From positions 16,087 through 80,086 of the forward strand of contig JAERTH010000031.1 in assembly GCA_016844955.1 (NCBI GenBank): a DNA stretch of 64,000 nt, in the 5' to 3' direction. This DNA comes from Fidelibacterota bacterium (GTDB lineage: Bacteria; Fidelibacterota; UBA8477; JABMPR01). The notes under the pieces were generated by a model. That model was not told the DNA's origin, searched no databases, and saw nothing but the letters and a program-made list of their open reading frames with translations. Position numbers and translations under genes: made by a program. This document shows, one piece after another, positions 1 through 10,362 of the stretch (positions are counted from its first letter, which is position 1; each line of letters starts with the position of its first letter).

Positions 1-627
1 ATTCGCCAGGGGTATGGACTCACAGAAGTGGGACCTAATTGCTTCTCTCTGAATCAGGATGCCGCCATTCGAAAACAGGGTAGCATCGGTTTCCCCAATT
101 TTTATCTCGATGCTAAAATCGCCGGGGAAACTGGCGAGGAAAAAGGTGTTGATGAAGCGGGAGAATTGTGGCTTCGTTCACCGGTAGTGACCCCTGGATA
201 TTGGAGAAAACCGCAGGAAACCAAGGCGACAATTACCGGTGGCTGGTTTCATACTGGCGATATGGCCAGAGTTGATGCGGAAGGCTACTTTTATATCGTT
301 GATCGTAAAAAGAATATGTTCATCAGTGGTGGTGAAAATGTCTATCCCGCCGAAGTGGAGGCCGTGTTGATTCAGCATCCACAGATCAAAGATGTTGCTG
401 TGATCGGGATATCAGATGAAAAATGGGGCGAGGTCGGCCTGGCCTATATCGTCGCAGCAGAACCCATAGAAATTACGGAGGTCAAAGCCTTTTGCTTGAA
501 GTCTCTGGCCAAATATAAAATACCAAAAGCGGTCTGCATGATCGAGGAATTGCCCTTGAACGATTCGGGTAAGCTCGACCGCAGACATTTAATAGAGATA
601 TACAAACAACAGAAGGAGACAAAATGA
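1..627 (+). CDS. Acyl-CoA synthetase / AMP-dependent ligase, 5' truncated by window edge
   Basis: Frame is open from base 1 (IRQGYGLTE). ANL-family motifs WFHTGD, YIVDRKKNMFISGGENVYPAEVE and LPLNDSGK are present. Confidence 0.9.
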   Translation: MRQGYGLTEVGPNCFSLNQDAAIRKQGSIGFPNFYLDAKIAGETGEEKGVDEAGELWLRSPVVTPGYWRKPQETKATITGGWFHTGDMARVDAEGYFYIVDRKKNMFISGGENVYPAEVEAVLIQHPQIKDVAVIGISDEKWGEVGLAYIVAAEPIEITEVKAFCLKSLAKYKIPKAVCMIEELPLNDSGKLDRRHLIEIYKQQKETK

Positions 628-1112
628 TGAAACGATACTCAATTCTGATAGTTCTTATTCTTGGACTATTACTTGTGCTTGGTTGTGAAGACGACTCCGG
701 TACAAACGCAAACGAAAATGATGTTGATGTTTGGGTCGGTAACTGGCTGAGTGCTGGAGACAATGTGGCATATATACTGTCTGCATATTTTCAGTATGAC
801 AGCGTAAAAGTTGAGTTTACAGCAGACAATACTGTAACGCTCGAAACCCATGTTATGGATGCTGGTTGGACCACCCTGGAAGGTACCTACGTGCTTACAG
901 AATCATCTGATTCTGACATAGATGCCATCCAGCTTATCTATACTGCTTTTGAGCAGGAAGGTATTATCCAGATTGTTGGTGATACCCTCCGTTTGGAAGC
1001 GGTTCAGACCAATCCCGATATTGCCGCCACCGTTCCTACCGTTGCTGCAGGTTTTGGTGCTGATGAAACTTTGGGTACCATCAATATTCAGACTTACATC
1101 CGCCAGGATTAA
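624..1112 (+). CDS. Lipoprotein of unknown function (acidic, beta-rich)
   Basis: Basic N-terminus, hydrophobic stretch and lipobox LVLG-C. ATGA overlap with the upstream stop. Confidence 0.8.
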   Translation: MMKRYSILIVLILGLLLVLGCEDDSGTNANENDVDVWVGNWLSAGDNVAYILSAYFQYDSVKVEFTADNTVTLETHVMDAGWTTLEGTYVLTESSDSDIDAIQLIYTAFEQEGIIQIVGDTLRLEAVQTNPDIAATVPTVAAGFGADETLGTINIQTYIRQD

Positions 1113-1123
1113 TACGCTTAAAA

Positions 1124-1152
1124 CCGGGGTGATTGTTAGCTGATCACCCCGG
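1124..1152. other. Intercistronic stem-loop
   Basis: CCGGGGTGAT / ATCACCCCGG perfect 10-bp stem with no U-tract on +. Confidence 0.6.
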
Positions 1153-1172
1153 ACACTATCAGGGAGACAGGT

Positions 1173-2735
1173 ATGCACAAGCTATTCGTGTATTCAATTC
1201 TAATGGTTTGCTTTGTGGGCATAAGCATTGGTCAAACATTGCCGGTCTGGCCGGAAGGCAGAGAAACCATACGTGAAAAAAAGGAATTAACCTTCATCGG
1301 GTATTACCTCACACGTTATGAAGCCATTAATGTGGGCCCCACCAATGAATTCCTAAAAGGACAAGTTGTGGGTCGTTTTTATGGTGGTAATACCACCAAA
1401 AGTTACTCAGACAAATACTCGAATTATCTTGAACAGCGCTTCCTGGGAATGCTCTCGTATTCGCCACGATTGTTTGATGGGTGGGCACGCATGCGCATGG
1501 CTTTTGAACTGGATTGGACCTGGGGTGATGCCAATTATGGTGCCGGAGGCAATTTCGGTGGAGCTTTTGGAGCTGATTTTGTAAACATGCAAACCCAGAA
1601 CCTGTTTATGGAATTCCATCCCAACAAACACTGGTATGTGAACCTGGGATTATTGCGGTTTTATGACAATACTTCAGTTCCCTATTATACTGGAACCAGT
1701 GAGCTTTTGACTACTGGGTATCGTCTGTCTCTATTTGCTTCAGATGCCTCAGGGTTGTCGGCGCATTACTCACCTAATAGTTACCGACATATTAAAGCGG
1801 GTGCGTACCAATTGTACGAGAACAATGTTGAACAAAATGATGATGTTTTTCTGTTTGAACTGGATGTGGAGCAGGATTTGTCAATTAAATCAACACTGGG
1901 TCTCACGGTTTATCATCTCCGTGATTACGGTAGTTCACAGAGTAGTGCTGGTGAGGGAGGAGTATCCATTCTGGGTCAGGGGCTAAACTCCTTGTTGGCT
2001 CCCTATAATGGTGTCTTTCAATTCAACTTGGGCAATGAGACCTACAATGCAAAACTGTGGTGGTTTGGTGCCCATTTCGATAGTGACCCGCTACTGGAGC
2101 AGGGACGTCTGGGTCTGAGTGGATTTGCTTATACCACCCGTGGCCTGGTGAGCACAGCAACCAGAGATATCGATGTTGCCGGGTATGCAGCCAATCTGCG
2201 CATGGCATACAAATATGGAAAAACCAATCGGGATCGGATTGTTCTGGATGGTATTTATTCCACAGGAGATGTGGAAAATGTTGATGATGGAAAATACACT
2301 GGAGTGTTGACCGGTAATAACTGGACATCCCCTGGTGCTGTATTTTTTGGCACAGGATTATATCTGCTCCTGCCCCATGGGGATGTGGTGAATCGTTACT
2401 ATGCTTCTACCATTGATATTCAAAATATGGGCTATGGTCTGGCTGCCGGGGTAGCGCAGGTTTCCTATGACATTGTACCTTACAAGTTGCGAGCAGAGGC
2501 AAACCTGGGATATGGTATGTCCCCAGTTGCTCCATTGGGCGGTGGCAATTTTATGGGATTCGAGAAAAATGTTGGAGTCGTTTACACACCAAAGGTGTTT
2601 TTTGATATCGAAATGCATGCTGCCCACCTGAGTCTGGGTGATTTTTATGATTCTTCGCTAACCAACGGCGGCATTACTGAACGACCACCAGATCCCTGGA
2701 CATTCATATTGTTGTTAAAATGGATCATGTTTTAG
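1173..2735 (+). CDS. Putative outer-membrane beta-barrel (porin-like) protein
   Basis: Signal peptide, alternating G/Y/F-rich strands, C-terminal ...LKWIMF (terminal Phe), RBS GGGAG. Confidence 0.65.
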   Translation: MHKLFVYSILMVCFVGISIGQTLPVWPEGRETIREKKELTFIGYYLTRYEAINVGPTNEFLKGQVVGRFYGGNTTKSYSDKYSNYLEQRFLGMLSYSPRLFDGWARMRMAFELDWTWGDANYGAGGNFGGAFGADFVNMQTQNLFMEFHPNKHWYVNLGLLRFYDNTSVPYYTGTSELLTTGYRLSLFASDASGLSAHYSPNSYRHIKAGAYQLYENNVEQNDDVFLFELDVEQDLSIKSTLGLTVYHLRDYGSSQSSAGEGGVSILGQGLNSLLAPYNGVFQFNLGNETYNAKLWWFGAHFDSDPLLEQGRLGLSGFAYTTRGLVSTATRDIDVAGYAANLRMAYKYGKTNRDRIVLDGIYSTGDVENVDDGKYTGVLTGNNWTSPGAVFFGTGLYLLLPHGDVVNRYYASTIDIQNMGYGLAAGVAQVSYDIVPYKLRAEANLGYGMSPVAPLGGGNFMGFEKNVGVVYTPKVFFDIEMHAAHLSLGDFYDSSLTNGGITERPPDPWTFILLLKWIMF

Positions 2736-2741
2736 GAGGGT

Positions 2742-3692
2742 ATGATGAAAATATTAAAACATATCTTCGTTTTTATGGTAGTGATAGGAACACTTATGGG
2801 CGCTGGAACCGGATCGTATTACAAACTTCCCAGTCTAGAATTCGATGAACTGGACTATGGCTTTCCAGTCCAGACTATTCAACTCGGTAATGTTGAGCTG
2901 GGCTACATTGAGCAAGGTGAAGGACCAAAAACCATTCTCCTTATTCACGGTCTGGGTAGTTATGCCAGAGCCTGGACTAAAAATATTGAAGTTCTGGCAG
3001 AGACGCACCGTGTCATCGCTGTGGATTTACCAGGCTATGGTCATTCCAGTAAAGGTTACTATGAATATTCAATGTCCTTTAATGCTGATGTATTGAGACA
3101 CCTCATAGCAGAACTGAATTTAGGAACGGTTACCGTTGCCGGGCACTCTATGGGTGGCCAGATCGCCATGACCCTGGCACTGGAAAGTCCAGATCTGGTG
3201 GACAGGTTGATCCTGATTTCTCCAGCTGGATTTGAGCGCTTTAATGAGGGTGAATCAGCCTGGATGAAAAATGTTATGACACCAGAACTGGTGCGAGATA
3301 CACCGGTGCGGGCTATTGCCAAGAACGTGAGCATCAACTTCTATGAGTTTCCAGAGGATGCCGCCTGGATGATTACAGATCGTATTCAGCTTCGGGGAGC
3401 CAGCGATTTCTATAATTACTGTTTTGCAGTTTCCAAAAATGTCGAAGGCATGTTGCGTGGAATCGTCTGGGACAAGCTGGATAAAATCAGCCAGCCTACT
3501 CTGGTCTTGTTTGGAGCTAATGATGCCTTAATACCTAATCGGTTTCTACACCCGGGTTGGACAAAAGAAATAGCTGAAATAGCCAAAGAAATACCAAATA
3601 GTACCATCACAGTGATTCCCAAATGTGGACATTTTGTACAGCTGGATGCTTATGAGGCAGCCAATACGGCCATGCTTGATTTTTTGAAGTGA
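2742..3692 (+). CDS. Exported alpha/beta hydrolase (esterase/lipase-like)
   Basis: Signal peptide, LIHGLG, DLPGYG, nucleophile GHSMGG, late CGH. RBS AGGAGG. Confidence 0.9.
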   Translation: MMKILKHIFVFMVVIGTLMGAGTGSYYKLPSLEFDELDYGFPVQTIQLGNVELGYIEQGEGPKTILLIHGLGSYARAWTKNIEVLAETHRVIAVDLPGYGHSSKGYYEYSMSFNADVLRHLIAELNLGTVTVAGHSMGGQIAMTLALESPDLVDRLILISPAGFERFNEGESAWMKNVMTPELVRDTPVRAIAKNVSINFYEFPEDAAWMITDRIQLRGASDFYNYCFAVSKNVEGMLRGIVWDKLDKISQPTLVLFGANDALIPNRFLHPGWTKEIAEIAKEIPNSTITVIPKCGHFVQLDAYEAANTAMLDFLK

Positions 3693-3715
3693 TTCGTTCG
3701 TACTACAACTTGAAG

Positions 3716-3750
3716 AAGCCGTAATACCTCTGGTATTGCGGCTTTTATTT
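3716..3750 (+). terminator. Intrinsic terminator
   Basis: AAGCCGTAATACC / GGTATTGCGGCTT stem followed by a T-rich tail, between convergent genes. Confidence 0.75.
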
Positions 3751-4281
3751 GTTGGGTTTGGACGGCCAGGGTCGTTGGCTCTCTGCATCAATCCAGGCTC
3801 GAATCCAATCTGGCAAATCCCCTTTCCAATCATTGTCCGGGAGTTCTTTCATCACATCAGGAGCTGGTACCAGACCCTGCTTTGAAATTACGCCAGCCTT
3901 GATTAGAGCAGATGAACAAATTTTATCTCCACACCACATTTCCTGCTGGAAGTAAAACCAGCGTCCATCATGACCTGCCAGACGACTGCGCATTTCATAC
4001 TTTTTCCCGAACGGTATTCTCCTGCGATAGCGAATACTGGATCCACCTACAGCAAAGCCCCATTTCTTTCTTGAAATGAGTGTCATAAGTCCACCCCGAA
4101 CGCCAAGGTCATAGCGTCCCAAATCCATAAGCGTCAACTGCCGCCCATTGTTGACTTCACCATAATGGTCAATATCCAACAACCCGGCACGCAGGTGGAC
4201 AATGCCAGTTTCATCAAATCTTAAGGGAGATCTGCGGCGGGCCTGGAAAATGGTACGTAGGGTGAGAAGGTATGGATACAT
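3745..4281 (-). CDS. Hotdog-fold acyl-CoA thioesterase (4HBT-like)
   Basis: LDIDHYGEVNNGRQLTLMDLGR motif and IRYRRRI strand. Confidence 0.85.
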   Translation of the reverse strand: MYPYLLTLRTIFQARRRSPLRFDETGIVHLRAGLLDIDHYGEVNNGRQLTLMDLGRYDLGVRGGLMTLISRKKWGFAVGGSSIRYRRRIPFGKKYEMRSRLAGHDGRWFYFQQEMWCGDKICSSALIKAGVISKQGLVPAPDVMKELPDNDWKGDLPDWIRAWIDAESQRPWPSKPNK

Positions 4282-4388
4282 AACTGCTTCCTTAGAAAAT
4301 TGGGTTCATGCTGCCATGCTAATACCTCTGGACTGTAACTCAAGAAATATCTCATGTTTTGAAATTAAAGGTAACACCTTACATATAA

Positions 4389-4404
4389 ATGTAATATATT
4401 ACAT
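4389..4404. promoter_or_regulatory. Probable MarR operator
   Basis: Perfect 16-bp palindrome ATGTAATATATTACAT just upstream of the MarR start. Confidence 0.7.
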
Positions 4405-4418
4405 AAAATGGAGATGGT

Positions 4419-4883
4419 ATGATAATAGATCAAAATTTAGAGCACAAAAAAGAAATATTTGGGATGACGTTCTTGCTGGCGCAACGCTGGCAAAATTTGG
4501 GTGACCAGGAGTTGGCAAGTATTGGGGTGACCACAAAGCAATGGCTGTTAATGGTCACATTGCATATGTTTTTTAAGGAACCACCAACCCTGAACCAATT
4601 GACAGAGGCCATGGGCTCCTCTCGGCAGAATGTGAAGCAACTGGCAACCAATCTTGAAAAATCAGGTTATCTAGAAATTTTTCAAGATACCATTGACAAG
4701 CGTATTCTACGCTTTCGGCTGACTAAAAAAAATGCAGAGGTATGGGAAGCCAGAGCGGAACGAGATGAGGCCTATATAGGTTCCCTTTTTGGTGATGTGA
4801 GTCATGAGGACCTTGTCACGACTCTGAATACTCTCAAGAAACTGGTCAGTATAAGTGCTAAAAAACTGGGGGGTGGATCATGA
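4419..4883 (+). CDS. MarR-family transcriptional regulator
   Basis: VTTKQW..., LTEAMGSSRQNVKQLATNLEKSGY, DKR wing motif. Confidence 0.9.
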   Translation: MIIDQNLEHKKEIFGMTFLLAQRWQNLGDQELASIGVTTKQWLLMVTLHMFFKEPPTLNQLTEAMGSSRQNVKQLATNLEKSGYLEIFQDTIDKRILRFRLTKKNAEVWEARAERDEAYIGSLFGDVSHEDLVTTLNTLKKLVSISAKKLGGGS

Positions 4884-5662
4884 AAACCCGAAAATTAATA
4901 TATCTAATTTTAACCCTCACTGTCAGTCTGACGATCTGGGGAAAGGGAAGTGAAATGGAAAAATCTCAAAGAAATATTCAGGCGTCTGACCTGGAAAGGT
5001 TACCGGAGCCCGTGCAGCGCTTTATGGAATATAGCCAGGTAGTGGGAACACCCTATATCAACAATGTCAGGATTAAACAAACTGGTTTAATAAAAATGGA
5101 TCCAGACAAACCCTGGACACCCTTTACGGCAACTCAGGAATTTCACATTCCATCCGCTTCCTTTGTCTGGAAAGCGACTATGAAAATGGCACCGTTTGTT
5201 AGAGTTACGGGATGTGATCGACTCCAAAATGGCGTTGGAAACATGCGCATTAAGCTTCTGGGATTTATTCCCATTGTGAATGCAAGGGGACCTGAAATGG
5301 ATCAAGGTGCCATGACACGCTATCTTTCAGAAGCTATCTGGTTTCCACAATCTTTTCTGGATTCACATATCACCTGGGAGGCAATTGATTCACTTTCGGC
5401 GAAGGGCATCCTCACAATAGACGACAAATCAGTTGAGGGTATTTTTCAGTTTGAAGAGTCAGGACGGTTGAGGACGTTCAGCTGCGACCGTTACCATATA
5501 AAGGGTGATGAGAAGCAATTGCTGCCATGGTACATTACATTAGATGCTTACGAGGAGCGACAAGGGCTGTTACTGGCTACAAAGGGTAAGGCGATTTGGG
5601 ATTACTCATCTGGAGAATTTGCGTATATAGATTTGGAAATTACTGCGGTTGAATATGAATAG
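4880..5662 (+). CDS. Conserved exported protein (DUF6544/DUF6920-like)
   Basis: Signal peptide; LERLPEPVQRF, W.PF.A.Q, FVW and RYLSEAIWFP motifs recalled for this family. ATGA-coupled to MarR. Confidence 0.65.
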   Translation: MKTRKLIYLILTLTVSLTIWGKGSEMEKSQRNIQASDLERLPEPVQRFMEYSQVVGTPYINNVRIKQTGLIKMDPDKPWTPFTATQEFHIPSASFVWKATMKMAPFVRVTGCDRLQNGVGNMRIKLLGFIPIVNARGPEMDQGAMTRYLSEAIWFPQSFLDSHITWEAIDSLSAKGILTIDDKSVEGIFQFEESGRLRTFSCDRYHIKGDEKQLLPWYITLDAYEERQGLLLATKGKAIWDYSSGEFAYIDLEITAVEYE

Positions 5663-5676
5663 ATCTGGTCGTGTGA

Positions 5677-5713
5677 TTTGTGGGGCTGATGCGAATTTCA
5701 GCCCCACAAAAAA
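5677..5713. terminator. Bidirectional terminator
   Basis: TTTGTGGGGCTGA / TCAGCCCCACAAA stem with an A-tract, between convergent genes. Confidence 0.8.
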
Positions 5714-5723
5714 GAATGTTACA

Positions 5724-7748
5724 TTAGCGGAGCAAAAGCAGCTTTAATGCCTTTCCATGAAACTCACTTGATTCAAGAACTGCAAAATAAACGCCTGAGG
5801 ACAAGCCAACTCCATTAAGATCGGTGGCCAGCCAGGAGATATTGTGAACTCCGGGAGTCAGATGTGATAAATCGATACTTCCAACCAGGCGACCCCTGAT
5901 ATCATAAATATTCAGTACAAGTGGATTTTCACCCTGGTTTTCCCCGATCATAATCTGGAATGTTGTTCTGGGATTGAATGGGTTTGGGAATGCCATGACC
6001 AATGATGATGAGTGGGGCTGTTGGATAACGTCATCCGTGTCAATTCCTATTACAATGTCTTCATAGTCAGCAAAATAGGCTGTGTAGCGACATCGCAACT
6101 GATAGCGTAGGCTCAGAGCAATGGTGCTGTCCTTGAGTGCAGGTGTTTCACCGTAGATATTTATTTGTTGCTCAAGATTATCAAGCGCCTGTTTGGCCCA
6201 TAGATACGCTGCCAGATCCCATTCGCTGGTATCGCTGTCAAAGTCCAATGAAAACCCATACTGCTGTGTTCCTACAATTCCATCACCCCAATAGTCCAGT
6301 GAAGTGGTTCCCGGGGTTTGATAACGACCGGAGTACAGGGAATATGAACCAGAATATGTGTTGGGATTCACCTCAGGAAATACATCGTGTACGTCATCTT
6401 TGTTGAAATCAATGACAACATTGTTGAAAATGGGTCGATTGACAATTTGGAAGACACGGCCAATTTCTTCCACCAGATTGCTTTCCTCATCCAGATAAGT
6501 CACAAAGCCCCGGTTTAACCGTGCTGTCATATCCAGTCTGGTATGATCCACTTTATTACCGATAGCTATGGGGAAAATGGCAGTATTATGTGTGTTCTCC
6601 TCAGCGAGTGCAATCGGATCCAGAGGAGAGCGGCCATCGGTGAACGCGACAATGGCGTTATGGTAATCAGAACTGAGAAACTGGTCCAATCCGACTACCA
6701 GACCCTCTTCGAGATCACTTCCACCACTGGCTGTTAAGCCATCCAAATAGGTTTTTGCACTTGCAATATTTGCTGCTGTGGCCTGAGTTAATTCTGTTCG
6801 CCATTCACTGGCCCAATAGCTATAGCTTATCACGTTAAAAGAATCATCCTCATTAAGTTCATCAAGGGCAAGTTTTAAGGCTGCGACTGAAGCCTCCAGC
6901 TTAAAGCCCAACATGGTTGATGATGTACTCAGGAGGAACACTATTCTTCGGTTTAAATTTTCTGTTTGGTTAGTAATGTTGGGAGGGGTCAAGAAAAAAG
7001 CAAAATGACCATCCACATCTTCGTGTAAAGCGGAGAAAAAATCCCGTCCAAACCCACCATCCAGATTAAAGGTAAACTCCAGATCACGATTCAAATAGGT
7101 CATGGGTTCTGACATCTCAACCTCAAGATAATTCTCATCAGTTGAAATAGTCTCATAAGCGGGGTGCGTCTCCATCTCAAAACCAGAAATATCATGACTG
7201 GAATTAACTGAAAGATTAAGCTGGAGATGTTCAACGGGGTAGCCGGTAAAATCAATGGTTTCAAGCGGGTATCTGTAGCGACACTCTCCCTGGAAAAAAT
7301 CAAGCAGGGATACATAACTAAGTTCGATTTTTTGAACTGCTCCAGGCTCAATACCACTAAGCTGAAGCTTCAGTCCGTTGACTCCGATATAGTTATTCAC
7401 CAGTGCTGCAACACCACCCTGCCCGGTTCCCGGGTTTGTTGATTGAGAAGATTCCAATAAAACCGCACGGAAAGTGGTGTCATGGCGGGTATAGAGTAGC
7501 TGAATAGATCTGGCGTCATGGGGTAGTGGAAAAGACCAGACTGCATCGGTGGTTTCATACCAATCATTGACAAATTCCTGGTAAACGACAGTGGTTGCAT
7601 AGAGTTCTTCAATTTCGACATCAATAATGGTTGCACGGTGTCGTAGAAAATCGGTGGGATAATTCTCATCATTAGGAAGCAGTAAGCCATCGGCGAAAAC
7701 TGAGGAAAGAATCATTGATGTAAGGACTAGCAATCTTAAATATTTCAT
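5724..7748 (-). CDS. Secreted VIT + vWA domain protein with T9SS-type CTD
   Basis: Signal peptide; VIT (ATTVVYQEFVN...WSFPLP); vWA (IVFLLSTSSTM, FTDG, IAIG); FPNPFNP...SGVYF CTD. Confidence 0.85.
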   Translation of the reverse strand: MKYLRLLVLTSMILSSVFADGLLLPNDENYPTDFLRHRATIIDVEIEELYATTVVYQEFVNDWYETTDAVWSFPLPHDARSIQLLYTRHDTTFRAVLLESSQSTNPGTGQGGVAALVNNYIGVNGLKLQLSGIEPGAVQKIELSYVSLLDFFQGECRYRYPLETIDFTGYPVEHLQLNLSVNSSHDISGFEMETHPAYETISTDENYLEVEMSEPMTYLNRDLEFTFNLDGGFGRDFFSALHEDVDGHFAFFLTPPNITNQTENLNRRIVFLLSTSSTMLGFKLEASVAALKLALDELNEDDSFNVISYSYWASEWRTELTQATAANIASAKTYLDGLTASGGSDLEEGLVVGLDQFLSSDYHNAIVAFTDGRSPLDPIALAEENTHNTAIFPIAIGNKVDHTRLDMTARLNRGFVTYLDEESNLVEEIGRVFQIVNRPIFNNVVIDFNKDDVHDVFPEVNPNTYSGSYSLYSGRYQTPGTTSLDYWGDGIVGTQQYGFSLDFDSDTSEWDLAAYLWAKQALDNLEQQINIYGETPALKDSTIALSLRYQLRCRYTAYFADYEDIVIGIDTDDVIQQPHSSSLVMAFPNPFNPRTTFQIMIGENQGENPLVLNIYDIRGRLVGSIDLSHLTPGVHNISWLATDLNGVGLSSGVYFAVLESSEFHGKALKLLLLR

Positions 7749-7760
7749 TTCCAGACCTCC

Positions 7761-10136
7761 TTATTTCACATGGATTAATTTGATGAGGTTATTGGATACG
7801 ATATTCCCAACGTTATCTGACAGAGATACCTGAAGTAGATAAACACCAGCTGAAACAGTTCTGCCCTTCATATCAATGGCATCCCAGTGCAGTGTTTGTA
7901 GACCGGATTCTCCGATATTAAACTGGGTAACCCGTTGACCGCGGATGTTATAGATAGCGGCTGTTGCCGTGTACGAATGTGGAATAACCAGATCAATAGT
8001 GATATCTGGATTGAAGGGGTTGGGATAACAGTTAATCACCAAGGTTGTATTGCTAAGTATTGTCTCGGCAGGAGGAGTATAATTGATATCATCAGATCCT
8101 CCCAACCCAGCATAGTGAACTTCCAGGTAGATGTTTCGTTGATTGGGGCTTGCATCGGGTGAATCGTATGATAACAGGTATTTGTAACTGATGTTGAATT
8201 CTGATATTTCCAGGAGAATATCAAGAAAATTTCCTCCGATATCAAAAAAGTCCCCTCCGGTTGGATAAATTATGGGATCACAATACTGAACACGGATTTC
8301 CTCACCAGCCACAGCATGGCAGGTTATTCCATTAAGCAGCAATGCGTCGACGACATCCTCAACCGTGAGTGTAGTATAATCATTATTAACGTGATATCCC
8401 GCATCGGTGATCCAGACAAACTTTTTACTTGCCTGATCTCGGAACTGTAGTTGAGTTCCGGCATAAATGGCTTCTAGAGAGTTTTCGTGCCAATTTCCAC
8501 CACCATGGGCATACTGAGCATCGACATATGATTGAAACAGATCAACATCGGAGGTGAATTCATAAATGTTTTCAACATCATCTACAAAAGTTACCATGGC
8601 CAGGCGAAAGTCTACCCCCTGACTGTCAAGGTTGCTGGCAAAGTTTCGGAGATTATCCTTTACACCATTGATCTCCTCTCCCATACTTCCAGTGACATCC
8701 AGGATAAAGACGATATCAGCAGAATTGGTCCCTTCAGTAGTATCTGGTATCAAGTCAAAATCAAGGATACGGGTCTGATCCTCAACCAGAAGAATATTTT
8801 CATCCTGAAGGTCAAAGTAGTATTGACCGGTTTCTTCATTGGTAACACTAAAACGGGTAGAGACCTGTGGGAATTGGGTTGTAATCACACTGTCAGCAAG
8901 CACGACCAATCCTGCATCGGAATAGGGGCTGGTTGGCACAAAACATTTATGCTCAATCACATCTAAAACATCATTGCCACTTTTCAACTCCAGTGTGAGT
9001 GGGTAGACACGATCCCAATATATCTCAGGAAAATGAAGGGGGATATGCTCATATTTAAAAGCCCCGGCTGGGATTGACAAGGAAGGGGAACTCCAGTCAT
9101 CCATGATCTGATTGCCTCGCAGGGTAATCACCATATCTTCGAAAGCAGTGCTGGAATTATTCTTAATTAATGTGAAACAATCAAAATCATTGGGTCGCAT
9201 GATATCATCATAAATATCCAGTGATTGGGGGAGCTGGGATCGCATAAATGGACCATCGGGATAGTCAGTTTCACCCAGGGTAATGGTAAAGATTGATTCA
9301 TAGAAGCTATTTGGTGTCAAATTAGTTTCAGCATTTTCCCAGTTAAGCGCCAGGTCGTAAATTTCTGTAACTTCATTGTTTTGGTATCCGGCTAAAACAC
9401 CCCAATTGCCAGCTACCAGATCGGCAGGCTCGTTATTATCAGGGAATCCAATAATCATCTGCATGCCAGTATTAAGATTGCGGCGCTCATCAATAATCAG
9501 CGAGGAAACATTGTCCGTATCAGTCCAGGTAGTAACATTTTGAATGGGGACTCCGGCAACAGCCAGTGCGCCATCACCCCAAGTACCCAGGGCGGGATCC
9601 AGGAGAAATCCAGTGGAAATTGTATGATCCTCAGTAGAAATGTTTTGAATGAGCAGGCGCAGTGCTAAGCCAACTTGATCCTGAGTATTTGTGGTTTTGA
9701 TTTCGAACCGGCAATTGAGAATTTCATTGTTCAATTCCAGGGCAATGAGCGTATCACCCAGCATGTCGAACTCTGAGTCCACATTCTCAAAATATTGATC
9801 CAGACGAAATGGGGTTTGATCCACGGTTAATATTGGATAGGAAGTATGGGCTAGGGGGTGTCCATAAGTAAGGGACTCATAATTGTCCAGAATTCCGGGG
9901 TCTACACCGGCTGTGGTTCCCAGTGTCAGATATCCCTCCTTGAGAATAATGGCCTCAAGGATTTCATTTTCCAAACTCAGATAATCATGACCAGGATAGG
10001 GAATACGTGCGAGGGAATTTTGAGGGGCATTTGATTGGTGCTCCTGGTCGGTAATATCAAATGTTGATTTGTTGAACGCGTTGAGGAAGATAGTAAAGCA
10101 CAAAAGCGCTGTAATTAAATAGAATGATTTACGCAT
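7761..10136 (-). CDS. Secreted vWA domain protein with T9SS-type CTD
   Basis: Start reassigned to ATG 10136 (MRKSF, RBS AAGGGG). MIDAS DIVFILDVTGSM, WITDA. YPNPFNP...SAGVYL CTD. Confidence 0.85.
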   Translation of the reverse strand: MRKSFYLITALLCFTIFLNAFNKSTFDITDQEHQSNAPQNSLARIPYPGHDYLSLENEILEAIILKEGYLTLGTTAGVDPGILDNYESLTYGHPLAHTSYPILTVDQTPFRLDQYFENVDSEFDMLGDTLIALELNNEILNCRFEIKTTNTQDQVGLALRLLIQNISTEDHTISTGFLLDPALGTWGDGALAVAGVPIQNVTTWTDTDNVSSLIIDERRNLNTGMQMIIGFPDNNEPADLVAGNWGVLAGYQNNEVTEIYDLALNWENAETNLTPNSFYESIFTITLGETDYPDGPFMRSQLPQSLDIYDDIMRPNDFDCFTLIKNNSSTAFEDMVITLRGNQIMDDWSSPSLSIPAGAFKYEHIPLHFPEIYWDRVYPLTLELKSGNDVLDVIEHKCFVPTSPYSDAGLVVLADSVITTQFPQVSTRFSVTNEETGQYYFDLQDENILLVEDQTRILDFDLIPDTTEGTNSADIVFILDVTGSMGEEINGVKDNLRNFASNLDSQGVDFRLAMVTFVDDVENIYEFTSDVDLFQSYVDAQYAHGGGNWHENSLEAIYAGTQLQFRDQASKKFVWITDAGYHVNNDYTTLTVEDVVDALLLNGITCHAVAGEEIRVQYCDPIIYPTGGDFFDIGGNFLDILLEISEFNISYKYLLSYDSPDASPNQRNIYLEVHYAGLGGSDDINYTPPAETILSNTTLVINCYPNPFNPDITIDLVIPHSYTATAAIYNIRGQRVTQFNIGESGLQTLHWDAIDMKGRTVSAGVYLLQVSLSDNVGNIVSNNLIKLIHVK

Positions 10137-10362
10137 AGAATCCCCTTTTTCGGGGATACTTCCAGCAAGCAAGCCCCCCAGTTGATCAAGATTGAATAGT
10201 GATATAAATATATGCTCAGTGGCATATATAGACTAAGGATAAAAGGCGTGGGGTGAATGTTTTTGAAAATGTAATTAAATCAAGCACAGGAACTCAACAG
10301 CAGACAGTATTACCATTTGCTGTAAAGTGGTCAAGGGAGCTAAATAATTGGACAGATCCAGG

